A stretch of 62,859 bases of DNA, the filler included, from Stramenopiles sp. TOSAG23-2 (lineage: Eukaryota), in NCBI GenBank assembly GCA_900128395.1. It is 32 parts of 32 records of this genome, joined end to end, with 100 filler letters (N's around TTAATTAATTAA, not from the genome) between each part and the next. Parts side by side here need not be neighbours in the genome. Positions count along the whole stretch, not along the records: positions 35,525 to 37,388 come from LT652266.1; positions 37,489 to 39,352 come from LT652267.1; positions 39,453 to 41,315 come from LT652268.1; positions 41,416 to 43,277 come from LT652269.1; positions 43,378 to 45,239 come from LT652270.1; positions 45,340 to 47,200 come from LT652271.1; positions 47,301 to 49,161 come from LT652272.1; 25 more parts are not named here. The stretch is one strand, 5' to 3'. This document shows positions 35,425-47,965 of this stretch, one piece after another (position 1 is the stretch's first letter; every line of letters starts with the position of its first letter). Below the pieces are notes generated by a model, which had not been told where the DNA came from, did no database searches, and saw only the letters and a list, made by a program, of their open reading frames with translations. A program made the translations under genes and the position numbers.

Positions 35425-36136
35425 NNNNNNNNNNNNNNNNNNNNNNNNNNNNNNNNNNNNNNNNNNNNTTAATTAATTAANNNNNNNNNNNNNNNNNNNN
35501 NNNNNNNNNNNNNNNNNNNNNNNNACCAGTTAAAAATGTATTAAAATCATTTTTATCTGGAACACCAGGGGAGGTAATCTTTAACTTAATTGGCAATGCA
35601 GAATTGCGTGAAATTACTGCAATTACAAGTGAACCTAACATAATTAGAATAATAGTAAAAAATCCATTTTTTTTATTTGTGAATGGAAATCGAAATAACA
35701 GGCAAACAGCACTACCAGGTATATTATAAAACTACATCTTACTTCTTACTCTAGACTTTTTTGCCACACAACTTAACTGTGTTCAGCCTTTGTCATACGT
35801 AAATTATACTATAGTTATAGTATAATATAATATTTAATATAATACCATAATACCAGCAGGCACAGCAGGTATAATATAATAGACTATACTACCAGGTATT
35901 AAAATATATAAACTAGAAAAAAACAAAGAAGTGAGGAGTGATATTATAGTGAGGAGATAAGGAAAGTGAGGAGGAGAGTGCTTGAGTGCAGGAGGAGATC
36001 CAAATACGTATTATTATTAATAATATTTAATAAATATTTATAATATATATATAATAAATATCGATATATATTTATAGTATCAACAATATATACTGTATTA
36101 TTATTTTCTGTATATGTATACATATCTTATGCTTAT

Positions 36137-37388
36137 ATGTACTATTACGGACCACCCATGATTCTTGAACAAAGTGTAACTTTGCTCGCATTCTGCTGTT
36201 TAATAGCAGTATGTTCTGCTATTCACGACCCTTTACCTTCTACTAATCCGGTTAAGTTGAGTCCGGCAGAGTTTCAAAAGAACATCCAACAAGAACTATG
36301 TATTAGGAAAGCACAGTTATACAGAGAGTGTAGTTTTAGTAAGGAGAGTATAGTTCAAGAAATTAAAAAGGAAACTGGAAATAATCTTGCCCTCACAAGA
36401 GGTGCACAGGCAATTTCAGTACCAATAGGTTGCAAAGCTACGTTGTATAATGAACAAAGGCATTTTGCAATACATATTAGAGGACCAAAAAATTATTGTA
36501 GTGAAATAAATACTTTAGGAAGTATAGATATGGTTAGGTTAGAAGATAGCGCAGGCATTGCATCGCTTGAAAGTGAGTTAGTTAAAACAGAAAAAACATT
36601 AGAAGGTTATAAAAGAGATATGGATTATTTTGAAAAAAAGGTAACATCTACAGCAATTGAACTGAGGAACATACCTGGACCAAAAGGACCAACTGGAACG
36701 CAAGGTTTAACGGTAAGAGGTGAACTTGGAGAAAGGGGAGCGAAAGGTCCAGCAGGTCTAAAGGGACCAAAAGGACATATAGGTGCACATGGTAATCAAG
36801 GTTCTAGTGGACTGCGAGGCGTTCAAGGTTTGAAAGGTAAAAATGGAGAACGTGGTATAAAGGGTATTGATGGGGATCCATTTCAAGGTCCTCGTGGACC
36901 ACGTGGTGATCCAGGTGTATCATTAACCTATCAAACATTTGAGTTTGATAAAGACTTTAGAAAAGGTGAATATGTTTTCTCGAAAAATAGTATTACTTCA
37001 AAACACGACTCGTTGTTTATTGCAAAGAAGTTGTTTCATTCAGGGAAAAAGTTTCCATATGAAGATAAAGATAATTGGGAGAAATTTGTCGCTCCTCACG
37101 GAATAGAAGGTACAGATGGTATTGCTGTCATAGGTCCAAAAGGTGAAAAGGGGGAGAAGGGAGATCAAGGTGAAGCCGGGGAAGATGGCAAAGTAGTCCC
37201 GTGCAGTCGACCGGCGAATGATGCATCGTGGGTAAAACATCCAAAATGTGAGGAAGCGGAAAAGAAGGCGAAAGAGGAAGGGGAAAAGAAAGCGGCAGAA
37301 GAAGCAAAAAAGAAGGCGAAAGAGGAAGCGGAAAAGAAAGCGGCAGAAGAAGCAAAAAAGAAGGCGAAAGAGGAAGCGGAAAAGAAAG
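36137..37388 (+). CDS. Secreted collagen-like mosaic protein, 3'-partial
   Basis: Signal peptide; two Gly-X-Y tracts; K/E/A-rich tandem repeats at the truncated end. Confidence 0.85.
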
Positions 37389-37488
37389 NNNNNNNNNNNN
37401 NNNNNNNNNNNNNNNNNNNNNNNNNNNNNNNNTTAATTAATTAANNNNNNNNNNNNNNNNNNNNNNNNNNNNNNNNNNNNNNNNNNNN

Positions 37489-37637
37489 ATAAATTCTTTT
37501 AATAAATGTTGTAAAAATGGTGTAGAATAATAAATTTGAATCAATTTCAAAATGAATATAAGACCAATAGTTTGTAACACGATGGGTATCGTGATGTTTT
37601 CCACCCCATATGTAAATGATGTTACTATCGATGGCAT
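37489..37637 (-). CDS. 5' end of a membrane protein, 3'-partial
   Basis: ATG-initiated frame with a hydrophobic helix, running off the contig. Confidence 0.4.
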
Positions 37638-38122
37638 TGTAATTCAATATAGTATAGAAATAGAAAAATGTTTTATTTTTGCGATTGTGATATTTTAATA
37701 TTATTTTGGTGCACCGTCTTCTTTCTCTAATTATTATAATAGATATATATGAATGAGGGATCGAGCAGCTCAATTCAAATTGAAAATTAATTGTCTGTCT
37801 TCTAATAATAGAAAAGAATATACTACAAATTAATATTGCTATTCTGCAAAATAAATGTATCAACACTTGGTTAATTTATTTTACTAAATTAACATATAAC
37901 ATTTGCTGGAATTTGCATTATTGATATAGCGAACGACACAGACCATAAAATTGTTTTGATAATATTACAATATATATATATATATTATATCTACAAAACA
38001 GTAAAATAATAATATAAATCAATCAAATAAATTGAAAATCCAATTACAATGGAAACACCAAGTTATTCATGTGACCTTGGGATAGGGCCAAGAAAATTAT
38101 CAATACGACCAATTGAATTACA

Positions 38123-38923
38123 ATGGAAACACCAAGTTATTCATGTGACCTTGGGATAGGGCCAAGAAAATTATCAATACGACCAATTGTATATAAAAGA
38201 CCCGTAAGCATTTGTTTACAATCGAGCTCAATAATTCCTATGTTGCTTTTAGCAATATTATTATTATTACAATATGAAAACTTTCGTTGGGCACTTTATG
38301 GTCTATGTTTTAATAATAAAAAAACTAATTCTAAAACAATTCAAAAATATTCAACAATAAATAATGATGAAGGAGGAGGAGGAGAAGAAGAAGAAGAAGA
38401 AGGCAGGAACCAAAAAGATATTGAGAATCCAAGTCGAAGTAGGGATAATAGCAAAGATAGGAGAGTGAAACAAAACATGGCAATATTCCATGGATTTTCG
38501 TCTTGGATACAATTACGATATCTCATCTTAGCAATTTGTTCAGGATTTCCAATTTTTTATAATCATGATATGTTATTTTTATATATCAATGATAATTGGT
38601 TGGAATTATTTCAAGTTCAACTTTTTTTTACTATTACAGATGATCTATGTTTATTACTTCGTTGGAATGATCATCGAAATCAATTTTGGGAATGTCGTTT
38701 AGCAATGCGATTACTGCATGTATATTTCAATATTGGAATAGAAATTGAAAGTGCTGGAATACGAAATATATTGTTTTTACTAGATGATCTTGTTGCATTG
38801 TATGACATGTATTATTTTTATAAATTAAAACATTTCACATTGAGAAGGAAAACATTTGGCATTGCATGCGTGATACTTATTTTTGGTTGGTTTTTTACAA
38901 CAATAAATGCAAAGTTGACGTGA
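38123..38923 (+). CDS. Multi-pass membrane protein of unknown function; the start region is tandemly duplicated (74-bp period)
   Basis: 266-aa ORF with several hydrophobic segments. Confidence 0.65.
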   Translation: METPSYSCDLGIGPRKLSIRPIVYKRPVSICLQSSSIIPMLLLAILLLLQYENFRWALYGLCFNNKKTNSKTIQKYSTINNDEGGGGEEEEEEGRNQKDIENPSRSRDNSKDRRVKQNMAIFHGFSSWIQLRYLILAICSGFPIFYNHDMLFLYINDNWLELFQVQLFFTITDDLCLLLRWNDHRNQFWECRLAMRLLHVYFNIGIEIESAGIRNILFLLDDLVALYDMYYFYKLKHFTLRRKTFGIACVILIFGWFFTTINAKLT

Positions 38924-40068
38924 GAGAGACTGGATGTGTGAGAATTTGAGTAGTATATACACGTACATATGAACCGTGAATTTAATATAAAAAAAGGTCA
39001 TTATATGCAAAAATATGTTCTCTCTCACTTTTTAATTCATATATATATATATAATAATATTTTTACGATATAAAACTCTCACATGCACAACACACTCTTC
39101 TCTCCGTTGTTGATGTGTGAGAATTTGAGTAGTATATACACGTACATATGAACCGTGAATTTCGTATAAAAAAAGGTCATTATATGCAAAAATATGTTCT
39201 CTCTCACTTTTTAATTCATATATATATATATAATAATATTTTTACGATATAAAACTCTCACATGCACAACACACTCTTCTCTCCGTTGTTGATGATATGA
39301 TATCACACTAATCTTAAATTTTCTTTTACGAACCTTTCGTATTATTTTACCANNNNNNNNNNNNNNNNNNNNNNNNNNNNNNNNNNNNNNNNNNNNTTAA
39401 TTAATTAANNNNNNNNNNNNNNNNNNNNNNNNNNNNNNNNNNNNNNNNNNNNGGATGGGCTTGACCTATATTTTTTTGTATTGAGGTCATATCTTTATAT
39501 ATTTAGACGAGCAGGTACAAACGTTTATGCAGACTATAATGACAGAGTCGGTCGATCATTAAGAAAGTTGTTTGCATTACATCGGCTTTTAAAACGTGAA
39601 AGTTCTTTGTGCTTTTAAAAAAATATAGTGGACTAACTAATTTTTGTAATTCAGTAGTGTTTGTTGTTGCTGTTCTTTAAACCCTAAAACCCTTACTGTA
39701 TTACAGATTATCAATACAGAGTACAAATAAAGACTACAAGCTATCCAGGCTATATCTCGCACACATTTTGGCATTTTGGTGCCCACATTAAACAAAAATA
39801 TTTAAAGCGTGTGGGAGGAGATGTAAGCAGTTGCGTAACACAATTATACGAATTGCAATTGTAATTGATTGCATGTTAATATTTCAGAAGTAATGTGCTA
39901 AAATATATATATATGATGTATATTTCATATATATATATATAGTCTATACATCTTATTATCCTTAGAAAAGATTTAATAATATTATTGAATTATCAACCAT
40001 TCAATTGCGGATCCAAAGCGTCCGTACTTTGCAATACGAGAATTAATTTTAGAAATACATGGTGATAA

Positions 40069-40422
40069 CAAGAATTTTATGAATTACCTAGTACATTCTT
40101 TAAACACGTCGATCCACATAAATCAAAGCATCTTTGGTGGCATGTAAAAAAAACTTGTGAAACAACATGGAGAAGAGTAAAAATAACGGAACATCATACG
40201 GCAGCTACAGTAAATATACATAAAAATCGATTAACGTGTTGGGCTGGTTATAAAGATCGTGATGTTATAGGTTGGAGTAAACATCCATGGGACGTGACTT
40301 TTTTAAGAGATAAAGAAGCTCTTGGTGTAGCACCAGCTGCATATTGGTTTACATCAAAATTTAATACAGATGATCATCCTGCACCGCCATCAGAAGAAAA
40401 TAATGTAAGAGAAGAATTGTAA
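40069..40422 (+). CDS. Terminal exon or fragment ending in the ER-retention-like signal REEL (absent from the ORF track)
   Basis: 117 open codons: QEFYELPSTFFKHVDP...WAGYKDRDVIGWSKHPWDV...EENNVREEL*. Confidence 0.6.
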   Translation, partial: QEFYELPSTFFKHVDPHKSKHLWWHVKKTCETTWRRVKITEHHTAATVNIHKNRLTCWAGYKDRDVIGWSKHPWDVTFLRDKEALGVAPAAYWFTSKFNTDDHPAPPSEENNVREEL

Positions 40423-41415
40423 TATGTCTTTCGACAGAGCAAACCTAATATATCATATAATTGACATATTATATGTACGACGAAGTATTAATGAATTTTG
40501 TTAATTTTTTTAATTTTTTATACGGGAGTTCGCGTAATATATATATATATATACGGAGTAATAATAAAAAAATGTATTTTTCAATAAACTATTTTTTACG
40601 AACTCGTATTATACTTCGAAGCTTTCGCCTATGATAGCTCTTCAGGGTTTCTTATTTTATCGTGTCTGTATTAATTTAAAATATAAGTGCAGATGAGAAA
40701 TACTATTAGTGATCGGTGCAGTCGTCATCATTTTGTTCATCGTAATGCGCGTAGTATATATTTGGTGACTTTAATTCAATTAATAAAAAAAGATAAAATA
40801 TTTAAATTTGGATTAATTAAAGCAAACTACGGCAAGCGTGCAAAGCAAACATAAGTATTATAATATAGAAATAAATTCAAATAATAAGGCCAAATATGTG
40901 CACTCAAAAATTTATGTATAATTATAGCTATTAGAAATTTGAAAACGGGGCAACAAAACCTTAAATATACTTTAAGTATAGCTGCTCGAGCTATCGATAC
41001 GAGGAGATACAGTAGAAGATGGCCAGATGGCCCACAGCTGGCCCATCAGCTGGCTACCAGGTACTTTTTATTTACTAGATAGAGCTAGCTCCTAGCCCGG
41101 GCTAGCCCGGCTAGCTAGCTCTAGCTCTAGCCAGCTAGCCGTCTTACAGATACGCAGACACTAGAGCTATCTTACAGACGACCAGACGACTAATAAGACT
41201 TACTCTGTTGTCTCTTATACTACTGTTTATTTTCATTCTACTACCATTAATTATACGACGTACTCAGTAAATATAAGTTTATGAAATCACTCTCAATCAT
41301 GCAAATGGGCCAATANNNNNNNNNNNNNNNNNNNNNNNNNNNNNNNNNNNNNNNNNNNNTTAATTAATTAANNNNNNNNNNNNNNNNNNNNNNNNNNNNN
41401 NNNNNNNNNNNNNNN

Positions 41416-42050
41416 TGTAATGGCCTTGAACAAACATTACAATATGAATAAATTGTTGTTGATGCTTGATTTAATTGTCCAGCACTACCTTTCATGTTTT
41501 TAACAAATTCAGTTGCAACAATTGCTAAGTTATGTTTATGTAACGCTTCAATGTAGGCATGAAACCATGTTTCTGCTCGTTGTCGATTAATATCTATGCC
41601 AGCATTTATTGATAAATCAGCTAATATGGCACAAAATTGTAAATCGCTTTCAATATTGCTATAATAATCTAGTAATGATAAAATGATACTTTTTCTCATT
41701 GTTGTTGTTCCAGTACGATCATCCATTGTAAACATAGCAGATACACCAGGTATCGTTCCACCATTTGCATGTTGATTTAAATTACGAATCTTCTGTCTAC
41801 GATTTGTTGACATCTTCTTCCTCTTATCCAAATAATTTCCATTATCTTCATTATCATCATCATTATCGCCAACACTAACTAAAGATCGAATACTACTATT
41901 ACCTCTTCATTTTTCATCATCATATCCATCTCCATAAATATTTTGCTTTTTACCATTATATACGAGATCTTCTTTGTATTCTTCTGCAATTTTTGAGGCT
42001 TTCTTAATGCCACCACCATATTCTAATTTATCATGTGTTGATATCATTAA
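41416..42050 (-). pseudogene. WDR24: WDR24 (GATOR2/Sea2) C-terminal region lacking the WD40 domain, with an in-frame TGA at 41909-41907
   Basis: DLQFCAIL..ETWFHAYIEALHK..LNQASTTIYSYCNVCSRPL matches the WDR24 pre-RING region. Confidence 0.7.
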
Positions 42051-43080
42051 ATACGAAATCGATTCCTCGTAACGTAAATATACAGTACAGAAAAGCGGCA
42101 AGCGGCAAGGCACTCGACTATGAGCAATAGTAGTATAGTGCTATACTTGTATATAAAAAGATGGACCTTATTATTTTAACTTCAGTATCCCCATAGTTAT
42201 TAGTTATACCAGGTACAACGCTATACCAACTGGTGGTAGTGCTACGAGGATGGAAAACGCGTTAGACGGAATATTAAAATAATGCTAAGTGTATATTATT
42301 TAAAAAACAACAATAGTGTAATCGTTTTAAATAAATAATATACGAGAGGAGTTGGCACGTTGGACCACAGTAGCTAGCCTTAGGCTAGCCGTAGCTACAA
42401 CTGTATATACTGTAAATACGAGGACGAGGTACGCGTATATCGGATGAAAAAATCGTTGGGCCTAATTTTCAAAATTTGTGTCTATATGAAAATAGACTAT
42501 AAAAATATCCGAAAATAATTACAAACTCGATTTCATTATTTTAACATTATCCGGGTAAATATTATACAGATGATTTCCATATTTATATTTTCAGATTCCC
42601 AAAATTTAGCACAATTTTATCGACGATAAACCCATTTAGCCTTGGGCTAGCATGAAACGACCATATACCAGCATACAGAGGGACCCTCGTATATTATAAT
42701 TACTCGGTCCCTTCACACTAATGGTGTTTCGTCTTCTACGTCTTGCCAGCTTGCTTCTCTCCTATTATAATAGCCCTACCATATACCACGGTGGTAGCCT
42801 TATAGCCGGTTTCACCACACAGAGCAGAGAGAGATGATTCATCCACAGCCACGAAATATTGCAAATATTCAATTTTCCTGACCATAATTTTTATGTACGG
42901 TACAGTAGCTTGCCGCTTGTTCGTTTTATTCTAATTGATTATTTGAATTTTTATAACAAAACAAAACAGAGACAAACATACAAACAAACAATATATTCAA
43001 TTATCATTATAGGAACAATAATTATATTATTTTAATAATAGAAATATATATTTTCAAGAAAGGAATAGCGAGAAACAAAT

Positions 43081-43277
43081 ATGAGTAACACAACCATCAC
43101 CGTCACAACACCCGATCTTTGGTGGAAAACTGCAGGGCATACATACACCAACAAGGACACAGGTGCTTTTGGGACAACATTTTCAGATGGGAATTGGTTT
43201 CTCCATGTTTTGCCTGGATTAGTTTGCGGGATCGTAGGACTTATGTTTGTTGTTGTCACATACAATCAAATTAGAAA
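43081..43277 (+). CDS. Membrane protein N-terminus, TMEM45/DUF716-like, 3'-partial
   Basis: GNWFLHVLPGLVCGIVGL resembles the GxFxGHxLPG motif. Confidence 0.45.
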
Positions 43278-43377
43278 NNNNNNNNNNNNNNNNNNNNNNN
43301 NNNNNNNNNNNNNNNNNNNNNTTAATTAATTAANNNNNNNNNNNNNNNNNNNNNNNNNNNNNNNNNNNNNNNNNNNN

Positions 43378-45239
43378 AGTATTGCCACTAGATGCAATGG
43401 TTGCACCAACATCGTCATTAGCTCCAACTTGAAAATTTCTTACTTTTACTGTACTGTTAAATCCGCCAATTTCTATATTAGCAGAAGTGACATCTTTAAA
43501 AATCTCTTTGTCAGCATCGCTGGTTGTAAGTATATTGCCTGTGATGTACAGGTCGTTAACGACTACAATGCCTGCGGCACTAATTGTTGCTTTAGGAGTA
43601 GTTGCAAAATCTCCTATTTTTATGTTGTTCATTCTTACATGTTGGTTTGCAGCACCGATTCTAACATCCATTGTAGTAGCCGTTCCACTGGCATCAACAC
43701 TAAACACTCCTACTTCTCCTGATCCTGAAAAATATAAATCACCAGCAATATCCAAATTGCCTTGGAAAGTGGCATTTTCTTTAATATTTAATGTTCCCCT
43801 CACTTCCATACCTACATCAGCTGAGATTGTGGTACCAGCAGTTTTTTTTAATTTACAATTTGTGTGAGTGGTTGAAATACTACTCCCGACACTTGAACCT
43901 GCTGTTGTTTTCAATTGCATATTTGAATTAGCATTTACAGGGCCTAATTTGTAATCCCCATTCGTGGCGGTCACGGCACAGTCTGTTAATGTTACAAAAT
44001 TATTTACAGCATAGTCGTAAGTGTCGGTGGTGCTAATCAAACCACCATTAGTGATACCAGTAACAGTAACAATATTTCCTCTCCCCACATCTAATTTCGG
44101 TACTTTGACAATAGAGCTTGTACCTCCTATAGTAACAGCACCAATGTAATCCGTAGTCCCATCGGAAATTTTGACAAATATTTCTTTATTTGCTGATTGC
44201 GGTGCAATTATATGGCTACTAATGTTAAGATTTCCCTCAACCGTTAGTGTACCGTGAGCATGTATTGTTCCATCCGTATTAAAATTGCCAGATTTTTCTA
44301 TTGTTGCTCCAGTGTTCCCAGTGGTACTACCAGTATAACCTACACCTTCCCCACCAATTTTTATTGCGTTTAAATTGATATACGTGGTGCTACTAGTAAC
44401 GTCACCAATCGTAATTGTCTGAGACGTAATCGTATCAAATATAGTTTTATCTTCATTCGCATCGCTTATTATATTTCCACCAAACGTGACACTGCCGGTT
44501 AGGGTAGAAGTCCCATCAACTTTAAGGATTCCATTCAATGATCCGTCCCCATTTGTTGCAAAAGTAGTACCGGTGCTGGAGTATCCACCACCAACTTGTA
44601 AAATATTTTGTAATTTGACTGTACTGTTAGTGCCACCAATAGTTATAGCCTTATTGGCTAATGTGTCTGTAAATATATTTTTATTTTCATTCTGTGAACT
44701 TTGAATATCACCTTTAATCATAAGATCTTGTGCTGTTATTTTGCCATCGTCATCGATATATGATTTGGTATTTGTTGTACCAATTTCAAGATAGTGCATT
44801 TTAATATGCGTCCCAGCCGATCCTATTGTTATAGTTCCAGATGTAGCTGAAGATCCGTCGGTAACGAATATTTCTTTATCAATAGTAGTGGTTCCGGCTA
44901 ATATGTTTCCATAGATGGTGACATCATTTTCAAATGTCACACTACCATCTACAATAAGCTCACCGACTGTTTCAATGTTTCCATTACTGTGTATCGTAGC
45001 ACCTGTTGTATTGTAGCCACCACCGATTTTTAAATTATCCATTTTAACATTACTACTTGTCCCACCAAGTTTAATGGTACTAGTAAATTGAGAGTTATCT
45101 GCAATTTTGTGAAACAGCTCTACGGGATCAGAGGTGTCACAGCGAATGTTGGTATGAATTGTTACATCCTTCGTAAATGTAGAATCTTTTGTAACAAGCA
45201 AATTTTCGGTTATATCAAAATTTCCATCTATAATAACTT
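43378..45239 (-). CDS. Large Thr/Gly/Ile-rich repetitive beta-solenoid or fibre-like protein, partial at both ends
   Basis: More than 620 open codons; recurring KEIF..ITIGG.SS.V..L.IGGGY.TTG.TI..G..G.L.VDG units. Confidence 0.8.
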
Positions 45240-45938
45240 NNNNNNNNNNNNNNNNNNNNNNNNNNNNNNNNNNNNNNNNNNNNTTAATTAATTAANNNNN
45301 NNNNNNNNNNNNNNNNNNNNNNNNNNNNNNNNNNNNNNNGATCCGTTTATCGTAAATAAGTGGGATGAAACGATGAAACTCTCCACAAAACAGTGGGGTT
45401 GAAATAAGTACAGATTTAGTTTAGTAGTTTTTAATATAAATATATATTCTGTAAAAAAATAATCGGAAGTTTTCATCCCTAATTATTTCTCTTTGATTAT
45501 TATTTTAATATTTTAAGGTTTTATTGGGGTTCATAGGTAATATAGTATTAATTATATTTCTGGTAACTACACACATATATAGTGAATATAACATTATGAG
45601 TAAATAAAATCTTTAACTTATAAATAAGAGAATTTTTTATAATATATATATTATATATCATAGATATATTGGTGAGTTGATATGAAACTATTTGACTGTA
45701 TCAAAATATACATATGATACCCTATCATTAATAAATATATATTCATTATGATAATATATATCATATGATATATATATAATACATGTATGAGGTATTGATG
45801 TATTTTTTTGCATGCTGTATTATCATTTGATATATGAATTTGTATATATATACATATATAACGAATGTTCATGTATGCGTGCATGCGTATATAGTCTTTC
45901 TATGATATACTAGGTATCGGTAGAAAGGAGGGATAAAC

Positions 45939-47198
45939 TTAAATTCTTGACAATTCAGTATCTTTACCTGTAACTTCAGATGGAGATCCATTCTTCATTC
46001 TGTAACTTCTGAAGATTAAACAGAAAGCAATAAAGCAAAAGATAACCCCGATAATCGAAAGGATTGCTTCGAGCAATGAAACCAGTGCTGGAATTGCAAT
46101 GAAGATATTAGCGATTTGATCCAATTGTTCTGGCGTTGCAGAAGAAACTTCATACGTTGCATAATATGGAACCATAGCTACTTTCATATCAGGTGTATAC
46201 ATCGGTCCGTTTCTTGATAAAGCATATATCCCAGTCACAGTTGCCCCTTTAATAGCCGTCCCTAAAACCGGTTCAATGTAAAACCTGCTCTGATCTTCAT
46301 CGGATAGTTTGACGTCGGTCACGGTATCGCCTTTACGTTTTGTCACATTTGCTTTCGCAACTGTAACATCATTTTTTGAAGTTGTTAATTTATTACCCTC
46401 ACCACAACCATAGAAATCAGCACTGCCATAATAAATACTTAAAGCATTATCCTTTTTCAAATTGACTAAACATGTTGGATTTTTTTCTGGGCCTTCGAAA
46501 TTATCTGAGCTTACTAGCATTCTTTCATCGTACGACATTCCTCCCCATGTCTTACCCGTTGGAAGTTCATTCTTGGTAAACCTAGTCCATGCTGTTGGGG
46601 CATACTTTTGTGCAACAACTGTCTGCTTGTCCCCTTTTAGTGCAACATTTTCTTTGAAATCGAATTTTAATGGTCGGGATAATGCACTAATCCACATAGT
46701 GATTGCTTCAGGGAACATTTGTTCATTATCTTTCTTGGCATTTTCGATATATTTTTCTGCAGCTTCCAAATCCTTACTACCTTCAAGCTGAAATTCATAA
46801 TGAATCTTTTCATTTTTATCCAGGGCTATTAATGGTGGGACTTTGGCACCTCCGTAACCTACTAAAGGAACTGCTTCTCCCCATTTCAATGCATCTGTTT
46901 TATAATATGTTTTAAAAGGATCTCTTCTATCTGTCGATCCCATTGCTGCTGTATTTCCTCCATCGGAGTGAACTTTGAACATCTTTTCCTTGCTTGCTGC
47001 TCCTGTGTATATTTCTTTGGAGTACATAAGTTTTTTGAAATGGCATGGTTGTTTCCAGCGATCGTTGCGACCTGAAGCGATGAAGTTTGTTGCGCGTTGA
47101 ATATCGTTTGGATCAGTACATGTTTTTGGTACCGATTGCCCTGGCTGCACAGCATTTTCTAATTTGGTAACTGTAAATGTATCACGTTCCCAACAACT
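45939..47198 (-). CDS. CD36/scavenger receptor class B-like protein, 5'-partial
   Basis: LSRPLKFDFKENVALKG, IYYGSADFY, FYIEPVLG, MVPYYATYE, then a C-terminal TM helix and short tail. Confidence 0.6.
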   Translation of the reverse strand, partial: SCWERDTFTVTKLENAVQPGQSVPKTCTDPNDIQRATNFIASGRNDRWKQPCHFKKLMYSKEIYTGAASKEKMFKVHSDGGNTAAMGSTDRRDPFKTYYKTDALKWGEAVPLVGYGGAKVPPLIALDKNEKIHYEFQLEGSKDLEAAEKYIENAKKDNEQMFPEAITMWISALSRPLKFDFKENVALKGDKQTVVAQKYAPTAWTRFTKNELPTGKTWGGMSYDERMLVSSDNFEGPEKNPTCLVNLKKDNALSIYYGSADFYGCGEGNKLTTSKNDVTVAKANVTKRKGDTVTDVKLSDEDQSRFYIEPVLGTAIKGATVTGIYALSRNGPMYTPDMKVAMVPYYATYEVSSATPEQLDQIANIFIAIPALVSLLEAILSIIGVIFCFIAFCLIFRSYRMKNGSPSEVTGKDTELSRI

Positions 47199-47965
47199 AT
47201 NNNNNNNNNNNNNNNNNNNNNNNNNNNNNNNNNNNNNNNNNNNNTTAATTAATTAANNNNNNNNNNNNNNNNNNNNNNNNNNNNNNNNNNNNNNNNNNNN
47301 CCATGTGGACTAATATGTCTACTATGAATCGTGCACGTTTTAATGCGTAGATTTTCACAAAAAGAAAAAAAAGAGTTAAAAGAAGAGTTAAGGTGTTTTC
47401 GTTTTTTTCCCAACCTATCTACCATCCCAATGGATCGTAAATTAGTATACTAATATGTACTAATTGTGCAATCGATTTATTAAGTGTATATATTAGTATA
47501 TGTAATAACCCAATCCCCAAATGAAGATATAGGGGTGCTGGGTTCGTAAAATCTGCCTATCAACCCTCCACCTGGATTTTACGTTAATATACTAACATGT
47601 ATCAAAATGTTACCGAGTGATTTGTATGTACTTATTAATATATACAATACTCCTTCCCTGATGTAGATATAGGGAATCGGCCCGGTTTGCAGAAGAATAA
47701 AAATTATCAAAAAATTGCAAAATTGCATGAATGGAGGACACATTTACACACATGTGATAGACAAGTTTCTTCCCGTCTTCCCTCTGGTGTAATGACAAAA
47801 AAAAGACAATTTAATATAGATTAAATACATATTTATAAGATAACTACTATATTTTTATCCATTGTCGAATATACCACCCGACAACTCATACGCTTTTTTT
47901 TTCTTTTTTTCGAATCATTGGTTCCATTGGATAATTATATATAATTGACTCTTTAATTTACAATA

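Noticed and set aside
39679-39696. TAAACCCTAAAACCCT as telomere or telo-box
   Set aside because: Too short and degenerate, internal, and a single occurrence
41907-41909. In-frame TGA as selenocysteine or evidence of an alternative genetic code
   Set aside because: Not at a conserved Cys position; TGA, TAA and TAG all act as ordinary stops in other genes here
47520-47700. Possible tRNA or Pol III gene near GGGTTCG
   Set aside because: No acceptor or anticodon stems could be formed
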